Positions 11,101-18,905 of a stretch of DNA of 64,000 nt are shown in pieces. Both the position numbers and the translations under genes were made by a program. This stretch comes from Acidobacteriaceae bacterium (GTDB lineage Bacteria; Acidobacteriota; Terriglobia; Terriglobales; Acidobacteriaceae): assembly GCA_035502695.1 (NCBI GenBank), contig DATJUD010000172.1, positions 8,545-72,544 on the forward strand. Reading direction: 5' to 3'. Positions within the stretch are counted from its first letter, which is position 1. Each line of letters begins with the position of its first letter. A model generated the notes under the pieces. It saw only the letters and a list, made by a program, of their open reading frames with translations. It searched no databases and was not told where the DNA came from.

Positions 11101-12677
11101 CGGCTAAATTTCTTTGGCCCGAGGGTGAATATGTAACCGATACAGTTACCCATGGCAATGCAGTCATGAAGCTGATCCAAGGCTGGCTGCAAATTCTCGG
11201 ACCGGTGACCGCAAATTCGTTGGCCTCACTGCTGGGTTTGCCTGCTTCCGATATTTTCCAGAAGCTGCTGCAGCTGGAAATGCAGGGAACGATTCTGCGC
11301 GGGACATTTGAAATCACCGCAACTCCGCGTTGCACGGATTTCGAGATTGAATGGTGCGAACGTCGCCTGCTGCAGCGCATTCACCGGCTGACGATAGGAA
11401 ATCTGCGCAAACAAATCGAGCCGGCTTCCCCTGCTGTCTACATGCAGTGGGTGCTTGCCTGGCAACACCTCGCGCCGCAGTCGCAACTGAGTGGTGAGCA
11501 AGGCGTGTTGCAGGCGCTCTCGCGGCTGGAAGGATTTGAAGCGCCTGCGGTTGAATGGGAACAGTCGCTCCTGGCGCATCGCGTAACCGGCTACGATCCT
11601 CGTTGTCTCGATCAGTTGTGCCTATCTGGAGCCGTCGGCTGGGGCCGGGTTTCGCCGCATCCAGCCTGGTCCACGGCCGATGCTGGTGCGCCGCGCAGAG
11701 TGGTTCCCACGGGCAGCTCTCCGATTACGTTTTATATTCGCGAGACCGCACTCTGGCTGGACGCGGCACTGGAAAGCCAGGCAGTCGATGAAGCGAAACT
11801 GCGTCAGTCGCTGAGTCAGGAAGCGCAACAAATTCGAACGCGCTTGGAAGATCGCGGCGCCTGCTTTGTGGAAGAACTGCAGCGAACCACTGATCTGACT
11901 ACAGAGCAAGTCGAACACGCGCTGTGGGAATTGACTGCGGCCGGTTTAGCTGCCGCGGATGGATTCGACCAGCTGCGCGCCATTATGGATTCCAAGCGCA
12001 AGTCCGCAGCGTATGTTCAGCGAATGAAAAATCCTGGCAAGCGGTTGCGCAGCGCGGCGGGACGGTGGTATCTGTTACGCAACTCTGATGTCTTGAATGC
12101 CGCCGCTTCGCAACAAGCCAGAATCGATGACCAGGCGATGGAGTCGGCAGCCTGGGTCTTGCTGCGGCGCTATGGAGTCCTGTTTCGTGACCTGCTGAAA
12201 CGCGAAACGACCATGCCGAAGTGGCGGAAACTACTAGGGGTGTTGCGACGATTGGAAGCACGCGGAGAAGTGCGCGGTGGACGATTCGTCAGTGGCTTCA
12301 GCGGGGAACAATATGCGCTGCCGGAAGCAGTTGAATCGCTGCGCCTGGCTCGCACGCGCAACGCTGATGCGACCAACGCGACAACCGTCGCAGTGGCAGC
12401 CGCTGACCCGATGAACCTTGTCGATATCATTGTTCCCGGGAAGCGGCCACCCGCGGTTTCCGGGGGCGTGGTTACGTATCGCGACGGAAGATCAGAGTCG
12501 GAATCGCTGACAACCGCACCCGAAACGCAGTCGCACGCGAAACATTCGCGAACTCGGAATCGGCCGCTCCGTGATGTGCCCGCGCGAAAGAAATTAATTC
12601 CGTCCGGCGAAAGCAGCAATCATGGAATCGACTCGCATTCAGATCGTTCGCGCCAGGAGCGGCTGTTTCCCGGCTAG
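8139..12677 (+). CDS. lhr: Lhr-family large ATP-dependent DEAD/DEAH-box helicase
   Basis: 1512 aa. Walker A is APTGSGKTLAAF, motif II is VDEIH, followed by helicase C motifs and the long Lhr-specific C-terminal region. Confidence 0.9.
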   Translation: MPPTLQTGAELAIPASLDWAHPITQEWFVGRFGTPTEPQIEGWPHIRAGHPTLISAPTGSGKTLAAFLVCINQLLCQAISGTLTPYTEVVYISPLKALSNDIQKNLDQPLREIQQLALERGYLYGEIRTAVRTGDTLASERAAMLKKPPHILVTTPESLYILLTSKNSRENLHHVRTVIVDEIHAVADDKRGSHLALSLERLEALVCAENRVVRAGRMAVPIKPPQRIGLSATQNPIELVGQFLVGSSKDRQPAKIVQVGRRRTMDLAIEVPTCEELGFVATNAMWDEIYDRLTALAQEHRSTLVFVNTRRMVERLSHAIGERIGAENVAAHHGSLSRKLRLDAETRLKNGEIKLLVATASLELGIDIGSIDLVCQVGSTRAVAAGMQRIGRAGHWRGAIPKGRFFATTRDDLIECAALVQAMRAGDLDRLEIPPQPLDVLMQQIVAACAAESWNEDALYSVLRRAYPYRELTRDEFDELIQVLHHGIESSRGRYGAFVMRDVIHGELHARRGARLAAVCNGGTIPDTAQYAVIMQPEGLQIATLDEHFAIDSSAGDVVLLGNTSWRIQRIETGRVFVEDAHGQPPNLPFWAGEAPQRTDVLSDYVARLREGIAARTSKVLPSCVSPTHAGVAETAAWLKQECGVCDGGAKQMIGYIAAGRAVLGTVPSLTTIVAERFFDEGGGMQLILHAPFGGRVNKAWGLALRKRFCRGFNFELQAAATDNGLCISLAEQHSFPLSDVFQFLTRQTVQALLEQAALDSPIFKSRWTWAAGRSLQLLRFQKGKKVAPQILRTRSDDLLASVFPQVAACLENIQGDREIPNHPLVREVMKDVLGEAMDLAGLKSVLEGIADGTIQCVSVDTTAPSQFAHELLNANPYAFLDDAPLEERRARAVSMRRTLPASMQGDAGQLDPAAIAAVRSECWPDLRDEHEMHDLLFQLVALPVAMLQRQETEPWTWLLQRLERAGRARVVEGRTGGYWVATENLVSAKFLWPEGEYVTDTVTHGNAVMKLIQGWLQILGPVTANSLASLLGLPASDIFQKLLQLEMQGTILRGTFEITATPRCTDFEIEWCERRLLQRIHRLTIGNLRKQIEPASPAVYMQWVLAWQHLAPQSQLSGEQGVLQALSRLEGFEAPAVEWEQSLLAHRVTGYDPRCLDQLCLSGAVGWGRVSPHPAWSTADAGAPRRVVPTGSSPITFYIRETALWLDAALESQAVDEAKLRQSLSQEAQQIRTRLEDRGACFVEELQRTTDLTTEQVEHALWELTAAGLAAADGFDQLRAIMDSKRKSAAYVQRMKNPGKRLRSAAGRWYLLRNSDVLNAAASQQARIDDQAMESAAWVLLRRYGVLFRDLLKRETTMPKWRKLLGVLRRLEARGEVRGGRFVSGFSGEQYALPEAVESLRLARTRNADATNATTVAVAAADPMNLVDIIVPGKRPPAVSGGVVTYRDGRSESESLTTAPETQSHAKHSRTRNRPLRDVPARKKLIPSGESSNHGIDSHSDRSRQERLFPG

Positions 12678-12782
12678 CGACGAACATTGCGTCGGTCCGG
12701 ATGGACCAGTTCGTAGACCTCGCTGAATCAATGGGCAGCCCAGATTAGCCAATCCGCGGGGAAGGTTGATCCTTCGTTCGAA

Positions 12783-15116
12783 TCAAAACGAGGCATTCAG
12801 TCGAAGATTGAAGCTGCGGCCGGGGCCAATGGCATTGCCGGAAAACAATCCGCCAAAGTCGATCACATCGAGCTGGTTGCTCAGGTTAGTCCCGTCGGCT
12901 TGCAGATTCATCGTGACGTGCTTGTTTCGGTAGAGTTCAGCCGCGGCGGTCGCATCGAACAGCAGCGCCGGTTCTACACGCCCACGCGGAAAATTCAGCC
13001 GCCCCACTACCGCCGCACCGTATTGTGCAATCGCATCCGCTTCCGTACCGGTGTAGTCGAAAGGCAAACCGGAGTTGTAGTCTGCTCCAGCTGCCAGCCA
13101 AAAGCGCGGTGTAATCTGATCGCGAAAACGAGTTCTCACCGTGTTGCGCTGATCCTGCGAATCGGGAAAGTGTCCTGAAAGCTGGCTGGCTGCGCTGCTC
13201 GCGTCGGGGCCAAGAAAAAGACCTCCGGTGACGGGTAGCCAAACATTCCCGACCATATAGGAGTAGCTGACGAATCCGCTGAAGCTGCCGAGACGAATCA
13301 GTTCAAATTTGCCTTCTGCGCCGTAAATGATCGCGTGGTTGAACGCAATGGGATAACTGATACCAGTATTCAGCAATTGATCGTCGTCTGCATAATTACT
13401 CGTATCCCGGCGATACATATTCGCATCGACCCGCATGCACGCGAGGAACGCCTTCGACACGCCGATCTCGTAATAATTTCCGCGAGAGGGTTGCACCGGA
13501 AGCCGCAGGAATTGTTCGCTGAGGGCATCCACCTCGGGCGAACTGGAAAGCAGAATATTCTCAAACGATGGCGTCTGAAAGATGCGATCGTAGGATGCGT
13601 GCAGCATCAGGTTGGCCGAGGGAAAATAGCGTCCGACGGAAAGCCGTGGACTGAACGCAAACTCGTTTAGAAGGAGTTGATAGTGGTCGTAGCGAAGACC
13701 AGCGCTGACCGTCCACTTGCCGAGGCGCACCAGATCCTCAACGAAGGCGGCCTGCTCCAGATCAGGACGGCTCTCGATAAAGCTGAAGGTTGGTGGCGTG
13801 TCCGGATCAAATTGCGATGGATCCGTGATGATGTCGTGAAAATTCTCGTTGAGGAAAATGTTATCGGACTCAACGCCCGCTTTGATCTCCTGATTGCGGT
13901 GGTGCAGAGAATACGTTCCCTTAAAGTAGCCCTCACGGAAATGGTTATGCTGAAACACAATGATCGGCGTGGAGGCTGCATTGGATGTGAGGTCGTTGGA
14001 GTTGTCGCGCACCATTCCAGCCAGCGTGGCAATGCTGTTGGCAGAGAAGGTGTGTTGGTCGTGAACTGTGCCCATGGTTTCAAAGTTGTCGCCGTACTGG
14101 CGTTGACCCGCCTGTTGCTGCAACAGTTCATTTGGAATTTGAAAACGCGAAAGCTCATGCCGAAGGCCGAGACTCAGTCGATCTGCGGCGGAAAAATCAC
14201 GCTCGTAGCGGCCGGAGAAGTCGCCGGTCGTGCCGGTATTGGTGTAGTTTTCCGGGACCACCGGGTTCAGATAGTGATTGGTCATACTGCCCGCGCCTGT
14301 GGCGCCAAACGTATTCTTGCCGCGAAGGTACTGCAGCTGCGTGAAGGCTGAGCCCGTGTCGTAACTGCCGCCCGATAGCACTACCTGGCCGTGCAGTCCT
14401 GGATTGGTGTCGCGAATCGTGTTCAACTCCACGACGCCGCCCATCTTGCGACCGAATTCTGCAGGAAACCCGGCGGTGTAGATGCTGATGGACGAGAGAT
14501 CATTCGCTTCGATTTCCGGACCGAAACTGGGAGAACGATTATCCGTGAGCGGAATGCCATTGATCACGAATTGAGTTTGATATTCAGATCCGCGCGGATG
14601 CAGGACAGCATTTCCCTCATACAGCCATCCCGGCTGCGAGTTTACTAAATCCTGCACTGATCGACCGGGCAGCGATGCCACGCGATCCTGGATCTGCTGC
14701 GAACCGATCTCCATCACAGAGGACGGCATGTAGGGATCGATGAGAGTGTTCGGTGTACTCACTTTGACCACGGTCGTAATGGGGGTGAGATCGAGATGCA
14801 GGCTGCGTTTCACAGGGATTGCGGAGTGTATGTCTGCACTGATGGATGCTGGCGCAAAGTCCGGTCGATCTACCTGGACCAAATAAATGCCGAAGGGAAG
14901 TTCTTTGAAGTCGATAACGCCGGAAGCATTTGTGGTGAGAGTGTTGTGATAATGTGTTCCCTCACTGCTCACCGTGACAGCCAAATGTGCGGCTGGCCCC
15001 GCGGGATCGGTGACGACGACGCGAAGTTCGCCTGTGTTCACCTGAGCCAGCAAACTCCACGCTGCACCTATAGCCAGCAGACTTAGGAGTTTGATTGCAC
15101 GCAAAGACACAGTCAT
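12783..15116 (-). CDS. TonB-dependent outer-membrane receptor with N-terminal carboxypeptidase-regulatory-like domain
   Basis: Signal peptide, then GELRVVVTDPAG.., a plug region, a long beta-barrel, and a C-terminal aromatic residue (..NLRLNASF). Confidence 0.85.
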   Translation of the reverse strand: MTVSLRAIKLLSLLAIGAAWSLLAQVNTGELRVVVTDPAGPAAHLAVTVSSEGTHYHNTLTTNASGVIDFKELPFGIYLVQVDRPDFAPASISADIHSAIPVKRSLHLDLTPITTVVKVSTPNTLIDPYMPSSVMEIGSQQIQDRVASLPGRSVQDLVNSQPGWLYEGNAVLHPRGSEYQTQFVINGIPLTDNRSPSFGPEIEANDLSSISIYTAGFPAEFGRKMGGVVELNTIRDTNPGLHGQVVLSGGSYDTGSAFTQLQYLRGKNTFGATGAGSMTNHYLNPVVPENYTNTGTTGDFSGRYERDFSAADRLSLGLRHELSRFQIPNELLQQQAGQRQYGDNFETMGTVHDQHTFSANSIATLAGMVRDNSNDLTSNAASTPIIVFQHNHFREGYFKGTYSLHHRNQEIKAGVESDNIFLNENFHDIITDPSQFDPDTPPTFSFIESRPDLEQAAFVEDLVRLGKWTVSAGLRYDHYQLLLNEFAFSPRLSVGRYFPSANLMLHASYDRIFQTPSFENILLSSSPEVDALSEQFLRLPVQPSRGNYYEIGVSKAFLACMRVDANMYRRDTSNYADDDQLLNTGISYPIAFNHAIIYGAEGKFELIRLGSFSGFVSYSYMVGNVWLPVTGGLFLGPDASSAASQLSGHFPDSQDQRNTVRTRFRDQITPRFWLAAGADYNSGLPFDYTGTEADAIAQYGAAVVGRLNFPRGRVEPALLFDATAAAELYRNKHVTMNLQADGTNLSNQLDVIDFGGLFSGNAIGPGRSFNLRLNASF

Positions 15117-15350
15117 AGGAGTGAGGGCGAGGTTAGCAGGTTGCTTCAGTGTAGCTCCAGCAGATGAGGCGCGGTCGCCCGTGTGGGCATGTTTGCGCTC
15201 CGCAACTTTCTATGGCTGTAACATGCAGTCAAGTCGTGCTGGCCGCAGGGTTGGGAGAGCTTTACTATGGCGGCTATTCGGATGGACGCGCCAGTGGTCG
15301 GTGTAGGTCGCACCGACAACGATTGCAGATTCTATTCCGAGGCACCAGGT

Positions 15351-16841
15351 TCAATTTGCGCCGACGTTCGCGCCGACCTTGCCTGTTTTCGCCGCAGAGG
15401 AAGAAGCATGATCGTTGGCCCGAAACATGGCCCACGGAGTGCCCTGCATATCCCGCAGTACGGGCTTCTCCCATGCGAATTCAGGATGCTTCGCCAGAAA
15501 CGGTTTGACCAGAAATGGCTCACCGCAAGGTCGATTGGTTCGCGCCATAAACGACATTTTGCTGATCATCGAACTGTCGGCCGCTTTGGCGTTGGACGCG
15601 CCACCCGGTTCAAACGGCGGGTCGCCCCAGATTGCAACGCCGCGCGGGGAGACGTCTTCATGTCCGCACAATGTACGTTCATCCGGTCCCCATTTCCCAG
15701 TATAGGCGTCAAGGTGATCGGCTAAAAACTTTTGCGCCAGTGGAACGTCAATCTGGCCCTTGTATTGCGCCATCAATTCGTCCCAACGCTTGTGCCGCGC
15801 GTTGGCCGTGTTGCTCGCATCGTTGGGATCAAACGTGGTCTCTTCCCGGGTGAGCGTGGGATCGCTGGGAAAATTGGAACCCACAAAGTAGCCGTTCTTG
15901 GTGCGCCATAGGCGATGAATTTTAAGCCCCAGTTCCAGACGAGCGATTTCTCCCGTATGGTTATCCGCGACGAGCCAATCATTGGCGTAACCGCCGTTAT
16001 TTCCCGTCACCATCAGGCGTTCAAAGTCGTCGATATTCGCCGAGTACTGCATGGCCTTGCGCGCGCGAACAAATTCAGGAATGCCATTGGGATCGAACCC
16101 ATGGAATCCGCTGATTGTTGTTTCTGTAATCGCGATTCCTGCGGAGTTGATTCCGAAATCATCGCCGCTGTCGATCTTGCCTGGCCAGCCATCCATCAAA
16201 ATGCGATAGCCATGTTGCGGAACAATGTCATACATGATGCGCCAGCGCTCGCCTTCAAGAAAAGGGCTCCATAGGCTGTGTGCGATGACCGGTTTGTGGT
16301 CGCGTGTCCAATCGCCGGTGGCGACAAAGGCGCTGCAGCGGCCGCGGGGGCTCAGACTTGCGAGGGCGGTAGGATGTTCTTTGCTTTCAAGATAGGGGAT
16401 GTAATATTCGTCGGTCTCATTAAAGCCGTTCACCGCGACGACGTCCCAGATGTCCATGTCGGTGATGCCGTGGGCCTTCAGGCCATCCGCGATTCCCTGT
16501 AATTCTTCGCGATACTCGGCTTCAATATGCGGCCAGTAGACATCCTTCGCGGTCGTCCGATAAAACTCCCAGTTGCGATGTGTGTTGTGCGTGTCTTCCA
16601 GTTGAATGGCATGAAAGCCATCCTCGATCTCAGGGGCCAGCAAATATCCATTTTCAAAACCAATCTGGTGCGGTGTGCCCTGCAGATGGACATAGACCCA
16701 ATTGGCCCGCTCAAAGCGATAGGCTCCGTGCAAATCTGGAGGCGTCGACTGCGATTGTGCATTAGCCATTGATGAGTTGGCGACGACGAGAATGAAACTG
16801 AGCACAACTGGAAAGAGAAAACTGCGGAGATGAAAGCGCAT
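15351..16841 (-). CDS. Secreted Ntn-hydrolase, phospholipase-B-like / C45-peptidase-like
   Basis: Signal peptide (..SSMANAQ). A candidate autoprocessing nucleophile sits at ..SPRGRCSAFVATG... Size and pattern fit phospholipase-B-like/C45 families. The assignment is from memory. Confidence 0.55.
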   Translation of the reverse strand: MRFHLRSFLFPVVLSFILVVANSSMANAQSQSTPPDLHGAYRFERANWVYVHLQGTPHQIGFENGYLLAPEIEDGFHAIQLEDTHNTHRNWEFYRTTAKDVYWPHIEAEYREELQGIADGLKAHGITDMDIWDVVAVNGFNETDEYYIPYLESKEHPTALASLSPRGRCSAFVATGDWTRDHKPVIAHSLWSPFLEGERWRIMYDIVPQHGYRILMDGWPGKIDSGDDFGINSAGIAITETTISGFHGFDPNGIPEFVRARKAMQYSANIDDFERLMVTGNNGGYANDWLVADNHTGEIARLELGLKIHRLWRTKNGYFVGSNFPSDPTLTREETTFDPNDASNTANARHKRWDELMAQYKGQIDVPLAQKFLADHLDAYTGKWGPDERTLCGHEDVSPRGVAIWGDPPFEPGGASNAKAADSSMISKMSFMARTNRPCGEPFLVKPFLAKHPEFAWEKPVLRDMQGTPWAMFRANDHASSSAAKTGKVGANVGAN

Positions 16842-16922
16842 TCGTTGGCCCCTCCGACTCAGGCTACCGTTGAAACCTGCCCCAAGGCAATGGCTATTCG
16901 GAGTTTGGGGGTATGAAATGTA

Positions 16923-16998
16923 TGGAGCACCGGGCGGGAATCGAACCCGCGAATACTGGTTTTGCAGACCAGCGCGTTAGCCACTTCACCACCGGTGC
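16923..16998 (-). tRNA. tRNA-Cys (GCA)
   Basis: The minus strand reads GCACCGG TG..CTGGT CTGCAAA ACCAG..GCGGG TTCGATT CCCGC CCGGTGC T CCA. The 7-bp acceptor, T-arm and anticodon loop with GCA all fold by eye. CCA is encoded. Length 76 nt. Confidence 0.9.
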
Positions 16999-17060
16999 TC
17001 TTGGTTGATCCCCCGGATTCCGCCACACATCGGCATGACGGAAGTCCGGCAGACTTGCTT

Positions 17061-17717
17061 CTAGTTCGGCTGAGGTGCGGTACGCAAATACGGCTTGATC
17101 GTTTTGTAGCCAGGAAACAGTTTATCCGCTTCTTCGTTGGAAACAGCGCCGCTCAGGATAATGTCATCACCCTGTTTCCAATTGGCAGGCGTGGAGACCC
17201 TTTGTCTGCTTGTAAGCTGGATGGAGTCGAGAACGCGCAGAATTTCGTCGAAATTGCGTCCGGTCGACATTGGATAGGCCAACGTTAGCTTGATACGTTT
17301 GTCTGGACCGATGACAAAGACCGTGCGGACGGGTGCATTATTGGCTGGTGTGCGACCTTCTGAGGTTTCGCCTGCATCGGCGGGAAGCATGTCGTAGAGC
17401 TTGGACACCTTTAGATCGGTATCTCCAATAATGGGATAGTTCACCGCGTAGCCGCCTACCTCCTGGATGTCAGCGGCCCATTTGCCGTGGCTGCTGACAG
17501 GATCCACGCTCAGACCGATGACTTTAACATCGCGACGGGCGAACTGGCCTTCGAGAGCTGCGACCGTCGCCAGCTCCGTAGTGCAGACGGGCGTGAAATC
17601 TTTCGGGTGGGAGAAAAGAACGGCCCAATTGTCGCCGATCCATTCGTGAAAGTGGATCGGTCCCTGGGTCGTTTCAGCGGTAAAATCAGGCGCGATATCG
17701 TTGATGCGGAGTGACAT
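17061..17717 (-). CDS. 1-Cys peroxiredoxin (Prx6-like, AhpC/TSA family)
   Basis: ..FSHPKDFTPVCTTEL.. peroxidatic Cys motif. The ATG at 17717 is preceded by AAGGAGA with a 6-nt spacer. Confidence 0.9.
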   Translation of the reverse strand: MSLRINDIAPDFTAETTQGPIHFHEWIGDNWAVLFSHPKDFTPVCTTELATVAALEGQFARRDVKVIGLSVDPVSSHGKWAADIQEVGGYAVNYPIIGDTDLKVSKLYDMLPADAGETSEGRTPANNAPVRTVFVIGPDKRIKLTLAYPMSTGRNFDEILRVLDSIQLTSRQRVSTPANWKQGDDIILSGAVSNEEADKLFPGYKTIKPYLRTAPQPN

Positions 17718-17770
17718 GTTCAATCTCCTTCGAAGACGAATTCTCGATGCGTTGTCATTCAGATGACGCC

Positions 17771-17809
17771 AAAAAGCAGAAACCCACCAGCCTCGGCGGC
17801 GGGTGGGTT
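17771..17809 (-). terminator. Intrinsic terminator / attenuator hairpin upstream of the peroxiredoxin gene
   Basis: The minus strand reads AACCCACC CGCCGCCGAGGCT GGTGGGTT TCTGCTTTTT: an 8-bp GC-rich stem (extendable by GCC/GGC) followed by a U-rich tract. Confidence 0.65.
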
Positions 17810-17845
17810 CCCATGATTCTGCGAAATTGTCTTAGTTCGATTCGC

Positions 17846-17914
17846 TCATGGACACGCCCGCATACAGTTGCAGCAACAGCACAGACAGCGGCGGGTTGGA
17901 GCGATTTGCATCAT
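17846..17914 (-). CDS. Cys-rich 22-codon upstream ORF (candidate leader peptide or micro-protein): MMQIAPTRRCLCCCCNCMRACP
   Basis: Read directly from the minus strand: ATG ATG CAA ATC GCT CCA ACC CGC CGC TGT CTG TGC TGT TGC TGC AAC TGT ATG CGG GCG TGT CCA TGA. It lies between a promoter-like element and the terminator. No clear SD is present; the upstream sequence is AT-rich. Confidence 0.4.
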   Translation of the reverse strand: MMQIAPTRRCLCCCCNCMRACP

Positions 17915-17955
17915 TGTTAAATTTTTAAAAGCAGTGAAGCTGCCTCTTGAGGACG

Positions 17956-17985
17956 AGCATAGAGCCTGCAACAAATGGCTGTCAA
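17956..17985 (-). promoter_or_regulatory. Sigma70-like promoter candidate (TTGACA-N18-TATGCT)
   Basis: The minus strand reads TTGACA gccatttgttgcaggctc TATGCT. The -35 hexamer is a perfect match and the -10 hexamer matches 4 of 6. Confidence 0.45.
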
Positions 17986-18058
17986 ATGACCAGGACACGG
18001 TTTTAAGCGGCACGAAAATTCTTCACAAGCAATTCTACGTCGCGACGCACGGGATATG

Positions 18059-18625
18059 TCAGCGATCGGCCGCGCGATTTTTCCAGTGACGCTGGTAGTT
18101 GTCCAGCGTGGAAAAGGTCTGGCTCTGCATTCGATCGATATAGATTTTCCCCTGCAAATGGTCGATCTCATGCTGCAGAATGCGTGCATACCACCCCTTC
18201 GCTTCGATCACCCGAGGCTTGCCATGGTGATCGAGACAGGTGACGCGAACCGCGTGTGACCGTGGAACCTCCGCCATAAATCCAGGAAGACTCAGGCAGC
18301 CCTCAAAGAAAGAAACCTGCGAGTCGGAGAGCAACTCAATCTGCGGATTGATCAACACGTGGAAGTCGACGGGCACACGTTCTCTCTCCTTCAATTCTGC
18401 TTCCGTCGTCGCCTTGTGATATTCCGCCCGATCCTCAATCACCGCCAAGTTTAGGGACTGACCAATCTGCGGCGCTGCCAACCCAACTCCCGGCGCATCG
18501 CGCAGGGTTTCTCGCATATGTTCAATCAGGCTTTTGATCTCCGGACCGCGAATCTCTTTGGGCGTAAGTACACGCGCCGTTTGCCGCAATACAGGATGTC
18601 CAACAGCAACAATCTTCAGCAGCAT
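18059..18625 (-). CDS. def: Peptide deformylase
   Basis: All three signature motifs are present: GVGLAAPQIG, EGCLS and HEIDH. Confidence 0.95.
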   Translation of the reverse strand: MLLKIVAVGHPVLRQTARVLTPKEIRGPEIKSLIEHMRETLRDAPGVGLAAPQIGQSLNLAVIEDRAEYHKATTEAELKERERVPVDFHVLINPQIELLSDSQVSFFEGCLSLPGFMAEVPRSHAVRVTCLDHHGKPRVIEAKGWYARILQHEIDHLQGKIYIDRMQSQTFSTLDNYQRHWKNRAADR

Positions 18626-18730
18626 TTTCCCCGCAATTCTTGCGATCTCCAGCCCAGCGCAGCAGCCTGAATCGCGCTCTTCCTATGCTACAATTTAGCA
18701 ACTTCTTTGGTGCTGGAGTTCTGCCGAGTG

Positions 18731-18805
18731 ATGATGATTCAACCTTCTCGAATGTATATGGCCATGCCTGCCCCAGGCGGTCGCAAGCCAGCTTCAGAAG
18801 TCTGA
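18731..18805 (+). CDS. Met-codon-rich 24-codon leader ORF: MMIQPSRMYMAMPAPGGRKPASEV
   Basis: ATG ATG ATT CAA CCT TCT CGA ATG TAT ATG GCC ATG CCT GCC CCA GGC GGT CGC AAG CCA GCT TCA GAA GTC TGA. GGAG lies at 18715-18718 and an in-frame GTG at 18728. It sits directly upstream of the transsulfuration genes. Confidence 0.4.
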   Translation: MMIQPSRMYMAMPAPGGRKPASEV

Positions 18806-18867
18806 GTTATCCCGCTCAATCTTCATTCTGGCAGCCGCCTGGGGAGTTCCCGCCACGGCACGTTTTT
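18771..18867 (+). promoter_or_regulatory. Structured leader RNA: 10-bp long-range helix, alternative weak hairpin, and T5 run
   Basis: CCCCAGGCGG (18771-18780) is perfectly complementary to CCGCCTGGGG (18835-18844). GCCAG (18787-91) pairs with CTGGC (18828-32). An alternative hairpin at 18834-18859 is followed by ACGTTTTT. Confidence 0.4.
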
Positions 18868-18905
18868 CCCAGGAACCATTGCATAGCCCGAATGGAGATT
18901 GCATT

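Noticed and set aside
18640-18878. SAM-I/SAM-IV/SAM-II riboswitch or T-box upstream of the met genes
   Set aside because: I could not find the conserved cores by eye (for example GGCAACC with the kink-turn context, or a T-box sequence). A computational Rfam scan is still needed.
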